Shown here: one piece after another, positions 21,801 to 34,612 of the stretch
Position numbering within the stretch: position 1 is the first letter of the stretch
Layout of the letters: each line of letters starts with the position of its first letter
Source of the DNA: Amoebophrya sp. A120
Lineage: Eukaryota; Protista; Dinoflagellata
Assembly (NCBI GenBank): GCA_905178155.1
Contig: CAJINV010000002.1
Span: 8,141,224-8,205,223 of the forward strand
Reading direction: 5' to 3'
Length of the DNA stretch: 64,000 nucleotides
Notes under the pieces: model-generated
Database searches by the model: none
What the model saw: only the letters and a program-made list of their open reading frames with translations
What the model was told of the DNA's origin: nothing
Program-made: the position numbers and the translations under genes

Positions 21801-23918
21801 CCGGCGGAGAAAGACATGCTTTCGGGGCCGGTGTCCTTCGGACAGCACCTGCTGAAATCGGGGACCCCGCAGAACGAGAAGCCCGCGCGGCCGGACGGGC
21901 GGATGGACTGGAAGAGCATGATGTCCAAGTCTTCCGGCTCGGACTCCTCCATGGAGACGGACGACGAGGGGGGACGCCGGCGAAAGGTGCGGCCGAAGAT
22001 CGTGCTCTCCCGCCCGGGGTCGCATGCGTTCGGGCTGGGCACCGGCGGGGCGGCCTCCTTCAAGATGACCCCGCACCACGACCACGACGCCCATGAAACC
22101 GATGCGCAGCGCCTATCAAAATGAAAATATTTTTATAACACTGCCCCTACTTGTTATCTCTTCTTCGCTTTTTTTTAAATACGAGTGTACAACATTCATC
22201 CGAATACAAACAATTATACCAAAAATAACGCGGCCCGTTCTCGCATGATTTTTCCCTTCATGTTTAGTAGAGAGAAGCGATGGTGGTGGTCTACATCAAC
22301 CCCATGTGGATGAGATGAATGTTGTTGCGTGTAGATTGATGCAAACTGGTACTGGTTTTTGTCACGATTAAGTAGGGGTAAGTAAACATATTTTTCAGCT
22401 TGATAGTGGCTCCACCAACACAAGACGCACACGAAGGAGCGGCACCAGGACCACACCCACGTGTCCGCCAAGGGTCACCCGATCCGGCTGGAGAGCGCGC
22501 TTCCGGGCTTTGGGGATGACGATTTTTTTTTCATTAAGGAGGAGACCGTGAAGCCGGAAAAGGTGCGACCCCTGTCCGCGTCCGGACACGTAGGCTCGGC
22601 CCCGGACGCAGCAGCAGCAGCAGCCATCGGGACGACCCAACATCAAAACCGGACGGAGCAGCAGAACTTGAACTTGTCCTCTCCCCCCGGACAAGGCCCG
22701 GCGGACGCAGCACCCATGATCGGGACTTCGGCGGTGAGCTCACTGGGACGCAAGACCGACAAGCCCTACGCAAGTTCGCCGTTCAACGACATGATGGCGG
22801 CTTCGGACTCGAAGATCCGCTCGAAGATGTCGAAACGCGAAGAGAAGCAGACTACACAGGAGCAGCAACAGGATCATAGAGCTGCAGCTGCGTCTTCCTC
22901 TTCGAAACATCACACGATACTGCCAACCGGTGCGCCGATGGTGGAGCGGCCGACGGGGCCCAGCGCGGGCGCAGGACAAGGGTCGGGCGCGGCGGCCATC
23001 GGGACGTCGGCGCTAAGCTCACTGGGACGGAAGACCGACAAACCCTATGCCAGTTCGCCCTTCAACATGAGCGATACGATGAAGACGTCAGACGCCGGGA
23101 ACAAGAGCCGAAAGATGACCAAGATCGAGGAGGAGCAGGGGCGTGCATCCCCATGCGCGAAGCAGACAAAGCCAACTGTTGCGCCGCCGGTGGGCCGGCC
23201 GACGGGGCCGAGGGCCAGCGCGGGAATGGCGCTTGGAGGAAATAACAGTGGCGCCACAATGTCTTCAATGGGTGCGCCGGTCGTGGGCCGGCTGAGCGGT
23301 CCGAGTGCGGGCGCCGGAATGGCGCTCGCGGCCGCAAACACCAGCGCCGGACGACTGACCGAGCAGGTTGCGAACAAATCACAGAACCGGAGCCAGAACA
23401 TCAAAACGGATGAAAATTATTCGGACCAACAGCAACAAAACAGGAAAACGGAAATAAAGCACCAAAAAAACGCCGGCGGGCCGAAGGAGAAAACCGGGAT
23501 TTTCAACGCCAATTCGCAAGGGAGCCTGGTTCTGGGGAACTTTTACCGGAAAGTTGGTGAGGACGGGCATACCATAAAAATCGAAAATCCGAATATGTCC
23601 TTGAATTCCTTACTCAGCGAGGGCACGACCGACATTCGGTCGCAGAACAAGCCGCAGAGTGGCGAGGGGGAGCAGAGTCTGTTTTACTACGGCGAGCTGG
23701 CAGGAGGAGAGGAAGAACAGGCGCAGAGCTCCTGGGCGGAGGACCGTCTATACCACCACCGTCCTCGGGAGAATAACTCCGAGTCGCACGTCGTCGAGAT
23801 TGCGTATGTGGAGAGCGGCAGCGAGGAGGAGGAGGTCTCATCCGACCAGGAATCTTCGGCTCCGTATTCCGAAGAAAGCAGCGCGGAGGGTCAACCGTCC
23901 TCTAGCGACGAAGAGTAA
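18835..23918 (+). CDS. Multi-pass membrane protein with long low-complexity C-terminal region, function unknown
   Basis: ORFs 18835, 19906, 20436 and 22461 join in frame after removing elements 19303, 19619, 20143 and 22114; about five hydrophobic helices near the N-terminus. Confidence 0.75.
19303..19570. mobile_element. Introner family A
   Basis: Family A TIRs; TSD TCGCG. Confidence 0.92.
19619..19880. mobile_element. Introner family A
   Basis: Family A TIRs; TSD GGACA. Confidence 0.92.
20143..20511. mobile_element. Older introner
   Basis: TATCAAAAGTTGATGTGCAGCC...GGCTGCACTTTTCAGCTTGATA; flanks GCGTC/GCATC; frame restored. Confidence 0.8.
22114..22405. mobile_element. Older introner
   Basis: TATCAAAATGAAAATAT...ATATTTTTCAGCTTGATA; flanks GCGCC/GTGGC; frame restored. 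Confidence 0.75.
22719..23066 (+). repeat. Intragenic duplication encoding IGTSAxSSLGRKTDKPYASSPFN twice
   Basis: Copies at about 22719-22787 and 22998-23066. Confidence 0.8.
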
Positions 23919-24915
23919 AGTTCTCTCGGTCCGACGAAGTTTTTCATAACAGGAGCAGGAGGAGAAGAGCGGCGCCGACGTCTGGCAAATAAATTTCGGC
24001 TCATCTAACTACCCTCTACTCGTCTCTAATACCTGAGAATCTTATGACAGCGATGAGGCGCACGCGCAGCATTTTTTTTTGTTCTGACTGTTTATACATA
24101 ATTCTGACTCGCATTTTTTATCTCAGCATAATAGATTGACCCAGAAGTAATCCCTGTACTTTTTGTTTCCCTCCCCGTGAATTGAAGAACTTTGAACTTG
24201 TTGTTTTTGACATTTTTCTCATTCCCACTTTGATTCCTTTAATTCTTTCATTAACATCGACTAGTGAAGAAAAATTTTCGACCCATTAGCAGCGACTAGT
24301 GAATCTCGTTTAGTCTCCCGAATTCGTCAAGCACCATCGATTTCGGTATCCCCGAGGTTTTCAGAAGAAAAGCGATCCAATAATAAAGAAGAAAAGAAAG
24401 CGTGCCAACAATAACCCCTCGAAGAACGTTTCACGCGCGGACAGAAGGCCTTTAAAAATACTAGAGTTGCATCTGTACAGCTAAAAACACTTCACAATTC
24501 CGTTTGAAGAGAACATCATGCGGGCTGCCCTTGCAGTTTACCCGCAAGGTTTCTGCTTGATAATTTGCGCGAGAGGGTGCAAGTGGAAGCCCGCGCCACC
24601 AGTCGTGTTCTCCGCGATGACTTTGACGAACTAATTTGCCTTCCCGTTCACTCCGGGTCAGAACGACCCTGGTCGGGATCGATGCTCGATCCGTTTGCTT
24701 ACATCTTCTTTGGGTCTCAACATCGATCGGAGGTGCTGATCGGAGGCGCTCCTGTATCGATCAAGATCGTTTCTCGCATTTGTTTTTGGTTGGTTCAGAT
24801 TCTGGGTCTACTGTCCGTCCCCCGTACTATCGAAGAAGATCCTCAATCTGTTCTCGACAGTTCGCCCTTCTCCGTCGTACCGACGCGCCAACGCGTCACA
24901 GTATCGGAAGACACC

Positions 24916-27900
24916 ATGCCCACCAACGTTCGCATGCTGCTGAAGCCGAGCTCCAAGAGCCTGGGCTCGTCCACTGCGGGTACTAGCAAGGTTTCCTGGA
25001 AACTGCCGGCACAGAGTCCGTTCTGGGACGCGATCCGGCCGCCAGACGAGCAGCTGATGCGGCGGAAAAAGAAACGCACCGCAGCGCGGCCCCCGCACTG
25101 GCACCAAAGCAAGCAAACCCAGGACGGGGACGACGAGAACGCGCCAATGTACACGAAAACATATCGAAAGGAGCCAACGAACGAGGATGAAAAGAGGTGT
25201 AGTGCTGGCCGTGCTGCGGGTCCTCGTCCAGGGCAAGACCGTCTTGATGGCGAAAGAAGTTGTACTGTTAAGACGGATATTGAAAAGCTCGATGTCGACG
25301 ATGCCTGTCGTCCGATCGTGCCACATACTGCAGGACACGCAGGAACAGATGCAGAAGCGGCTACAGCATTCTCGTCTACGTTGGACGGGACATCAGCTGA
25401 AGATCATGTTGAACGAGCACCTTCTCAGGACGGGCATAGTGGACAGGCGGATGTTGGTGTGCTCGATAACTCAGCAGACGTATACCAAAGGGCCGGCGTG
25501 GTTGAGGAAGATTTCTTCGAGGGAGCCCGCGGAAACCCGCAGTCCTCCTCCTCATCCAGATCGAGAGTAGTGGATTTGGTCTTCGGCGATGCAACAGACT
25601 TGAAGACAAACCCTCGAGATGAGGAGACAAAGAGAACGCGTCTCCTACTTCACGAGGAGGATAACAAGGCCACTGACGTTGACCGTCTCTGGGACCAGTT
25701 ATCTTCCGGAGGTCGTGATGGAACATCTTCCGGACGATGCAGTGACCCGGTTTCTGACTACATGTCCTCCGAGGAACATTATTTTGGTCGTGCTGACGGC
25801 GTGGAGGATCATAGTGCTTCTTCGCAAGAACTGACGAAAGCTACTATACCAGAACAAGCGCCGGTGATCACCCCGTCCAATGCCACGATCCAGGCGCCAC
25901 CGGAGCGCGAACCGGACAAAAAGCCCGTGAACCCAAAACTCCGCACCAGCAACGACCTTGTGGAGCTGCAGTTGCAAGAGGAGCAGGCGCATTTGCTCAA
26001 TATGAGGCCGGATCAGATAGGGTACAATGAGGACTTGACGAAGGCAAAAACGGTTTTGCAGATTCTCAGCGTGGTGCGCGCGGCTCATAGCTCCTTCGAG
26101 AAAAAGCAGTTGCTTGTCGGTGCGGGCGGTGGTGCAGGAGCGGAGAAGCACGTCGCGGACCAAGGTGCTGGAGGTAGTTCATCATCATCCACCTCGTCGA
26201 GTCGGGCCAGTGGGACGACAACCTCCAGAACTGGGACCACGAGGACGGCAAGCAGCAATAGTACCACCGTAGTTGATGGTGCTGTCGTTTATTCTGGTGG
26301 TGCGTCGACTACATCTTTGACCACCACGACGTCCACCAGCTGTCTCCAAACTGCCACTTGCCTCGACGCGATCAATCTTTGCACGGCTCTGCACCGCATC
26401 GCGAAGTTGAGCGCCAACAGCGGGAGCAAGAACGGCTACACCCGCACCCGTTTGCTCGCGCAGCCGGGCTTTCAGACCTTGTTGGATTTGGTCGCTTTGA
26501 AAATTCCGGAGTTCACTGCCCGCGGAACAGCGAACGTGCTGTATGCGCTGGCGAAGTTGAAGTTTGTCCCCACCTGGATGCCGCAGCTGCTGCGGCAGGC
26601 GGAGAGGGTTGCGGACTGCTTCGAGCCGCAGCAGCTCTCCGCGTGTTTGTATTCGCTGGGCAAGTCCCCGGCGCTCTACGCCAGCAGCGAGGGTAGGGCG
26701 CTGAAACAGGCTTGCTTGCTGCAGACGGAAGCGATTCTGCCGTCTTTCTCGACGCCCATGGAGATCGTCGGGGTGGCCACCGGACTTTGCAGGATCGCGA
26801 CGAACAATAGTGCAGGAGCTGACGAGGAACTAGTACGTGGAGATTGTTCTACCAGCGGTCGTCCTGTTGACCACCAGCTGCAGGAACTGCATCTTAGTGG
26901 CGCCACCACCACCACTGCAGTTGCAAAAATGAGTCCACCATCAAACCGCAACAGCGAGATGATGGGGCGGCTGGCGGAAAAAGCGGTGGAAACCATGGAG
27001 GCGTTTGACTTAGCCCAGCTCGGCTCACTCAGCTGGAGCTTTTCGCAGTACTTTACTACAACTTCATCCACCGCCAGTAAAGCTGTCGGCACAGCAACAT
27101 CAAGAGCATCGTCAAGAATTGCAACACCTCCGGCCAGCGTGAAGCAGTTTTTTCAAAAAACGAAGCTGCGGCTGGAGCGCGACATCGCGCAAACCAGTCC
27201 GAAAGTTTTGGTCCAGTTTGTGTACGCATTGTCGAAGATGGGGGAGGCGGAGGAGGACTTATACAAATTTACGCTTGCGCCGGCGATCCGTTCGTTCTTG
27301 CTCGATTTTGAGACGAAGGACCTCTGCGCCGTCGTGTGGGGCTTTGCACACGCCCGAATCGTCGACACTGCTTTTCTGCAGGACGTGGCGCATTTTCTCG
27401 AACAGAAGGTCTCGCACATGAACGCGCACGATATCGCGGCTCTGGTGCTAGCGTTCTCCTCTTTTGACAGCGAAGTTATGGCAGCTTCTACTTCTCTGAC
27501 CGGGACGACGAAGATGATGATGAAAGCAAACGAGGACCCTGGCGCAGCTCCTGCGATGACGAGCGGTACAACTACTACCCTAGAGCAAGCCATGCTGTTT
27601 AGGACCTTGATGAAGAAGCTTTCCAAACAAGCGTTCCTGCTAGCGCCTACCTTCTCGCCGATGCAGCTCACCCGGGTGCTGTGCGGGCTGTCCGCGACCT
27701 GCACTGCCGGGGGCGGTACGGCGGCAAGTAGACTGTCGGATCATGTTGATTCTGGAGCTGACCACCACGAACGCGATGAATTGACGAACGAGCATAGCAG
27801 AACTGCGACGGCCGCGGCCAACAACGGGATCATCAAGAAGACCACTTCTTCTGTGCCGGCGAGAAACGCCAACGCCACGCACCGGCGAACTTTCGACCGG

Positions 27901-30900
27901 CTGCTCGTAGAGGTGAGGGAGAAGAGACATCTCTTGTTATCCAGTGTGTACAACTAGAAAACGTCCCCAATGATCCATGGCCAAGAAGATGGAAAGTAGA
28001 TACACAAAACAGCAAGTCGTCCTGACTGTTGCGCATGATGACACCTTTTGGCTCTAGTGTAGTAGAAGTCGAGGTTAAGATTACCTCGTGCAGTCGCGTC
28101 ACAAATCGGCTGCTTCTACAACATGTTGATGTGAGCACGACAATAAATCCCCAGATAGTTCTCGTATCCGTTAGAAAGCCGCGCTTTATCTCGTCATGGA
28201 GAAGTCTGGGGAGAACTGTTGGGGACGTACTATTTTTGTACACAGGATACTTGTACCGGTCCAATGTGATCGACATTCTGCAAGCCGTGACGCTGAACTT
28301 GGAATACTACCCGAGGGAGCACTTGCCCTGGTTGCTAGAAGCGAGTTCCGGTAGTCTCGACAAACTTCCCGTGGACGACGCCATCGTGTTGCTCGAGATC
28401 CTCGCTGACGTGTTGACCAACGGAACGGGTGTTTTCCTGGTCAACAGCGAGCAGGAAGAATCAGCTCGACGTCGTGGAGAGCACCTTTTGGCAACGAGTG
28501 GTCCAAGCGCACGAGAGGAAGACCGAGAGTTGTACAGCGCCTTCTCCAGCACTCTCCAGACCCACGATCTGCTGGATATGATTCACGGCTTATGTGATCG
28601 GGTGTTGCTCTCGATCAAAGCGGCGCCGAAGTCGCCGTGGCGCACCGACTGCGACAAGGTTGCGAAGGTGTTGGGCAGTTGTCGCAGGATTCAGCAGTCC
28701 CGCTTCGGCGGCCGGAGCCTGGCGAATGTGGACGATTTTTTACTGGAAACGTGTATTCTGCGCCCGCTCCCCTTCACGCTGTTGGAGGACAGCAGCACGG
28801 AAGACGGAAGCAATTTGTTTCTGGAGTTGCTGCAAGAGTTCTGCGCGTTCGGCTTGCAAACGCGGCAGAATTACCTGATCCGCGCGACGTGCCACCGCCG
28901 CCCGCAAATATTGCAGGCTTTGCAACAGCGCCTGGACGCGTATTTCCACAGTGTCACGAGCGGCTTCCACAGGAAGTACAACACCCGGAACGCGGTCGAG
29001 TTGGTGAAAATCTTCGCTTCCCTCGGGATCGACAGCAAGCACGGACGCTGGCTGATCGACGAATGCCTCTTCTTGGACAGCGACATTCAGGCGATGGTCG
29101 CGTTCGGAAACAGGTACTTCAGTAGCGCGGCGCGGAGTGGTATCAAATGCAAAAATGTCTGGGTCTGGAAGAATGCAGACTTGTCATGCATATTTCTCAT
29201 GACCCCTGATGCCTGTAATGCATGACCTAGTATCACAGACATTTAGAGGTCTTCCTGATGCGCCTTCCGCATGAGAAATGCCCTCTCCGCGTAGCACAAA
29301 CTGGACCTTTCTTGCTGGTCATGCAACACTAATTTTTTTAGAATCCAAAAACAGCATGACAAGTTGCATTCTTCCAGACCCAGACATTTTTACATTTGAT
29401 AAGTGGGAGAAGTACGCAAAAGAATTCCGAGGGGCTTGGTGTTGCACCAAGTACGAGCAGCTTGCAGGACGAGGAAGTGATCCAGCTGATCTGGAGTTTG
29501 TCGGAGTTGAATTGGAACCCGACCCTGGCGCGGGGACTACTGAAATATATCACCGGGAAGAGGCGACTCCTGCCTGAGGATGATGGAATTCATCTTTACT
29601 TCAAAGACGAATTATCTTCCACACCGCAGGTCGGCAGCGACGTCGACCGACATCTTCACGCCGATGGTGCAACAAGGACGTCAGCGGAGAAGTTTTTACC
29701 CGGTGAAAACCAGGACCTCGCTGATGTTGAGCCACCAGAGCCAGTTTCGCAAGAGGCCAACTTGAAACTTGCGTTTTCCCTGGCGCTGCAGCTGGTGCCG
29801 GAGCTGGTCGGGGACAAAACCGGCATTGTGCCACTTAAGCTCGTGGAAGAGATCATGCGAGGTGGGGAGGTGGACTTGTTTGACCCGAATGTTGCGGCGC
29901 AACGTGATCCGGTGAGCTTTGCAGCAGCGAACAAAAAAATCCCCAAAGACTCGTGGATGCACTTGGCGCAAACGGCTTTCGCAGAGATCGAAGAGAAGGA
30001 CTTTACACACTACCGTGAAATTATTCTTTCTGGTGGGAGAAATGAAGGCTCGACCACGAAGATGAAAGACGAAGAAACATCAGCTCCGGTAGCGTCGGGA
30101 GAAACGACAACGAAGAGCTTTTACGGCGACCAAGATGTTGACCATTCTTCTGTCGTGAGAACAAGCTGTAGTTCTACTGACTCAACAAGAAGAAAGCAGG
30201 CGACAGAGCGAAGAGTAGCAAACTTGCAGTATCAAATGTAAAAATGTCTGGGTCTGGAAGATTGCAACTTGTCATGCTAAATCTGCAGCATGCAAAAATC
30301 TGTGTTGCATGAGCCCAATCTGTTTATGCTAGCAAAGGGCTAGTGCGCTGTGGACCCCCAGGATCAGGTAGACGAGGTCCCAGACCGAAGTGGTAGCTAG
30401 GCGCTTAGGGTGAACTATGTATGTAGCGCTTAGGGCCCTTCCGTACGGCCAATATGTATGCCCGCAACGGGGTTCGCCTATGTCGGTCATTTGTATGCAA
30501 GGCGTTGGGTTACCCGGTCGGCAGAGCCGATCCACAACGAACGAACGAACGAATGATTACCAAAAGTCGTCCAGTTTTGACCAAGTCGGGAGGGAGTTTC
30601 TCATGGAGGATAGGCATTAGAGAAGTGTCGCAGAATCTGTCATGCTAGGTCCTGCATTCCAGACCTCATGGGCCATGGAAAAGCAGCATGACTAATCGCG
30701 GACTCTTCCAGACCCAGACATTTTTACATTTGATATGCAGCAATACGTGACAAACATCAAGCACGACTTCTTCCGTTCGGATCTGTACCCGGCGAAAGAC
30801 AGAAGCCAGAGCCTGGCGTCGTTGAACAAGGCAAACACCATATCCTGAGTAAAAACGTACCCACACCAGAGTCAGGATCGGGATTTTGCAACACAAACCT

Positions 30901-33667
30901 AGGAGTTTTGTGAGTCACGCATGACAAGTTTCAGTCGGTAAGGTAGTGCAAGTTAGCAAGGAAAGCCGCATCACAAATCGATCTGCTGATCCTGTTTACA
31001 GCATTACGAGTTCCCAAACACGATTGAAAATGCCTGTCATGGGGTTGCGCATCACAAATGTTCCTGTCATGGCAAATCTGCATGACAACTCCGCCTGCTA
31101 CAACCTCGTGCTTCCACTTTTTTGGATGGTTTTTTACTGGGGGTAGAACTGTGTCATAGTTCCTGCTTCAAACCCTTTTACTTTTTATTTTGGTTCCCTC
31201 GGTGCTGAGACAGGGAGTTTGCACAGAGTTATTTCTACCTAGATAACAACCAACTCACGTCGCAGCCGTCCCAGGAGTTTCGGTTGTTGTCTCTCGGTAG
31301 AAATCACGCTGTTCAAAAATTTCTGTTTTGGAGTTTACCGGGTACGCGGTTAAGGTTTATCGAGTTGCGTAGGTCTGTTTATCGAGTTTACCGGGTCTGT
31401 TTATCGAGTTGCGTAGGCTACTCGGTAAATTTACCGGTCTTGCGCAGCAATGTGAATCCAATTTACTTGCTGCTGCTATGTATGTTTTTGTATGACAGCA
31501 CGGCGCCACCTTTGGCATGGCTTCGCCTTTCGTAAAAATGTGTGGCGATTTGTATCAGTCTCTGCGCTTCGTGGTTACTGCTGCACTTTCTTCGTAAGTA
31601 CCTGCTGCCTCGTAAATGGAGCTAGATCGCAAATTCGTGCGCTCCTCATTCTGAAAAAGCCGATCTTCCCTGCCTTCCCATCGTGCCCACGTAGATGTAG
31701 TTCTCTACCCTTTTACTTCCTCCTTGTCGTGTAGTTTTGTCTTGTTGCTTGCCTCATCCTTGTAGCGCTAGATCGCGGATCCCGCTTCCTCGCAGGGGCA
31801 GCTGTTTTTTTTCCGCCTTGCCAGCGGACCTGTGGAGGGGTTGGGGTTGCAGCTGCGGCTGTTTGCGTGTAGATTTATCGTGGGTCGGCTACGTTGTAGG
31901 AAAGGGCATCTATTTTTGTATGTGGGCGTTCCTGATATTGCCGCTCGGGCTTATCCGTATCGCTAGCTGTGTCTCTAGTTCTTTATTGGTTTTAAGAAAG
32001 TAGCCAGGCCCTTTTTGCGATCTCCGGTGGAGAATCATAGCACGCCACTCCTAATTTAGTCCCTGGCCCGGTCTGCTAATCCGGGTAAGTAGCAACATTT
32101 CCGTGCTTCTCCACTAAATTGCTTTTTGGTGTCTGCCCGCTCGGGGAATAATTACATAAACGGCTCCCGCTTGTGGTGGTCAGAGGCGTTCGGGTCTAGT
32201 TAGTCCCTAGCTGCGCGCTACTCCTTCAGTACGTGCGGGCTCCAGGTGCTGCGATCACCGGCAGGAGTCTAACAACAGCGAACATAAGGACGTTAGATTT
32301 TTGATTGCTCTACATTACAAGACCGGCACTTGTGTCGGCCCGCCGAAGTTTCGCGCGCGGGTTCAGCAGTCTTCTTTCTCGCGAAAAAGGTGAGTCTCCT
32401 GACCCTTCTGGTCGTCACCATTCCGCCGGTGTCTGTGCTTTCATTCGGGCGCGTCACCCACCTCAGGACCTCAGGTTAAGAGTTTGTCGACGTAATTTAC
32501 AAAGGGACGCCCTGCCCTTAGTTTCCCAACATGACAACTCTGGGGTGGGGACGATTTGACACAGGATACACCAACCGGAAAAGAAAGAACACCAACTCGC
32601 CCCCGTCCGTGAACGACTCCCTGACTGTATTGTGAGGAAGAATCCACCCTCCCCATACCAAACCGGGATACTTCTGAAAATTTGTGATGCTGATTTGAGA
32701 CCACAAATCGTCGCTGTATTGCATGAAGGCAAATCTACAGGGTCCGCCACATTCTATAGGCGGTTTGTCATGCTGTTGCTCCTACAGCGTAGACGTCTGT
32801 CATGCTAAGCGCCTAGGCCAAAACCTGTCTACTGTGGCTTGGTATGGGCCTGCAGTCCTCGCCAGCAAGACAAATCTGATTCGTGTGCGCAAATCCAGCA
32901 TCAGAAACATCCTTTTGATATGGGGAGGGGAGATTTTTCCTCTCAATAGACTGCCAACCGGCAAGCGATGCGAATCAAGGAATACCCTTATGACATTTGG
33001 CTCTCGGACGCGTTGGTTTCCTTGAAGATCCCGCACGTAAAGAATTTCGTCGTGGACAACCTGCACAAAGTCTGCATCGCCTTCCCGGAGTACAAGACGC
33101 TGGTCGACTGCCTCGACGCGCGAGACTTGCTCTGCACCACCGGGCTGAACACAACGGACCTGAGGGTTACCGGATCGGCGATTCTGCGCCGCCGACAGTT
33201 GATTGACCGAGGATGGTATGGATTGCAAATGTGTCTGGGTCTCCTGGAAGATTCTAAACTTGTGATGCTGTCTGTGGATTCTAAAAAAATTTGTATTGCA
33301 TCATGACCAGCACCAAGAGGACTCCAGTTTGTGCTACGCGGAGGGGGTTTTTCTCATGCGGTGGAGGCATCGCAATCGCAAAGCCCTCGAAAAATCTGTG
33401 ATGCTAGGGCATGCATCACAGACATCATGGGGCATTCAAAATATGCATGAAAAACCTGGCAATCATCTTCCCGACCCAGACATATTGCCAGTTGATACAT
33501 GGGTCGTGCTGGAAACCGACCTTCGCATGCTGCACACCAAAATGCGCGAAAAGTGCATCCGCAGCTACGTCAGCGAGCTCGTTGGCGATTTGGCGCCGTT
33601 GAAAGTGCACAAGTTTACGGGCCAGGATCAAATGGCCGCGGAAGTGCTGGGGGAAGAGTTTTTTTGA
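24916..33667 (+). CDS. Helical-repeat (HPR/OPR/FASTK-like) protein with C-terminal RAP domain
   Basis: Repeats such as FTARGTANVLYALAKL, FEPQQLSACLYSLGK, FETKDLCAVVWGFAHA; spliced C-terminus TGSAILRRRQLIDRGWVVLE is RAP-like. Six elements removed. Start uncertain (ORF is open from 24565). Confidence 0.8.
27938..28249. mobile_element. Degenerate introner family B
   Basis: TATCCAGTGTGTACAA...TTGTACACAGGATA; TSD CTTGT. Confidence 0.85.
29141..29401. mobile_element. Introner family A
   Basis: Family A TIRs; TSD AGTGG. Confidence 0.92.
30230..30735. mobile_element. Introner family A carrying a nested insertion
   Basis: TSD TGCAG; about 240 bp longer than sister copies. Confidence 0.9.
30313..30552 (+). 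mobile_element. Putative SINE or 5'-truncated LINE with (AACG)4 tail
   Basis: Absent from sister family A copies; flanked by ATGA repeats; hairpin GTCGGC-AGA-GCCGAT just before the AACG tail. Confidence 0.6.
30841..32568. mobile_element. Introner family B carrying a 1.44-kb nested insertion
   Basis: Family B TIRs at both ends; TSD CACCA; frame restored (ANTNRKRK). Confidence 0.9.
31092..32529. mobile_element. Unclassified non-TIR insertion with an 11-bp direct repeat
   Basis: CATGACAACTC at 31081-31091 and 32530-32540; internal TTTATCGAGTT repeats at about 31330-31420; no long ORF. Confidence 0.75.
32628..32948. mobile_element. Introner family C
   Basis: TSD GACTG; 321 bp, sister of 47466-47786. 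Confidence 0.9.
33217..33497. mobile_element. Introner family A
   Basis: Flanks GATGG/CATGG; splits the RAP motif GW|VV. Confidence 0.9.
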
Positions 33668-34612
33668 TCTAGTTTCTGCGTAGCGAAATTCTAGAGAAGA
33701 AAATGAACAATGATCTATCACGATGGACAAGTGTTGGCCTTTACATCTAATGAACTGTTTTGCTTTTCTTTGCGCTTTTCCTTCGCTCACCGAGAAGCGA
33801 GCACACACGTTGCTTTTCTTTATGCTGCTTTTCTTGAAGCCTCGCACGAACTCGGCCTTCGCGGGAAAATGATGACAACAAGGATGATGAAAATATAACG
33901 AGATACGCGGGGTAGCTCCCTTCGACTCTAAAACTAGTGTCACAGCAGGGAAATGAACTTCCCGCTGCGCTCGTCACGGTAATTTCACGCGACAGGCTAC
34001 TTACTTGCTCTGAAAAGAACAAAAACGCGCATCTGCAAGCGTGTCCAACAAATGGGAGGTCGGTGCTGGTGTCTCGCTACGTGTACGTATCACACACATG
34101 ACTGCTCGTTTTCGTATCGCTCGAGCACTTGGTAGTGTAGTCGACACGTCCGTCGCTTAATCGTACTTCATCCACACATCGTCAAGACACTTAGTTTCGC
34201 CGAATCGCAATCGGTTTGATTTACGTACTTACTGCGCGCTGCGATGTTGTCTCGGTGAGTGGGTCGATTTTGTTTGTATCGGTCATGATGCGTTGTACTA
34301 CGTTCGTCAAAAATGGGAACGGAGCTTCGTATATCGTGCATCAGAGGACAGTAAAGTAGATGCTGCAGCACCACGTTGTATTTGGAAAGCGCTTGGATGT
34401 GGTGGTGGGATTTTCCTTTTCTCTTTATCGCTTGAACTTTTTTCATCCCTTCGCGTTTCAAAAAAAACTTCGGCTGCATGTCCCCCCGTGTTCCTGTCTA
34501 CCCTATCCACAATTTCGCATACCGCTGCCTCCATTGACATTTCGGCAATATAACAAAATTAGGACAACGAATCGGAAAAGTTTTTTCCAAACAGAACCAC
34601 CAACCCACCAAA

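Noticed and set aside
30313-30552. Hammerhead or HDV ribozyme in the nested insert
   Set aside because: No CTGATGA...GAAA core seen; an HDV fold cannot be established by eye.
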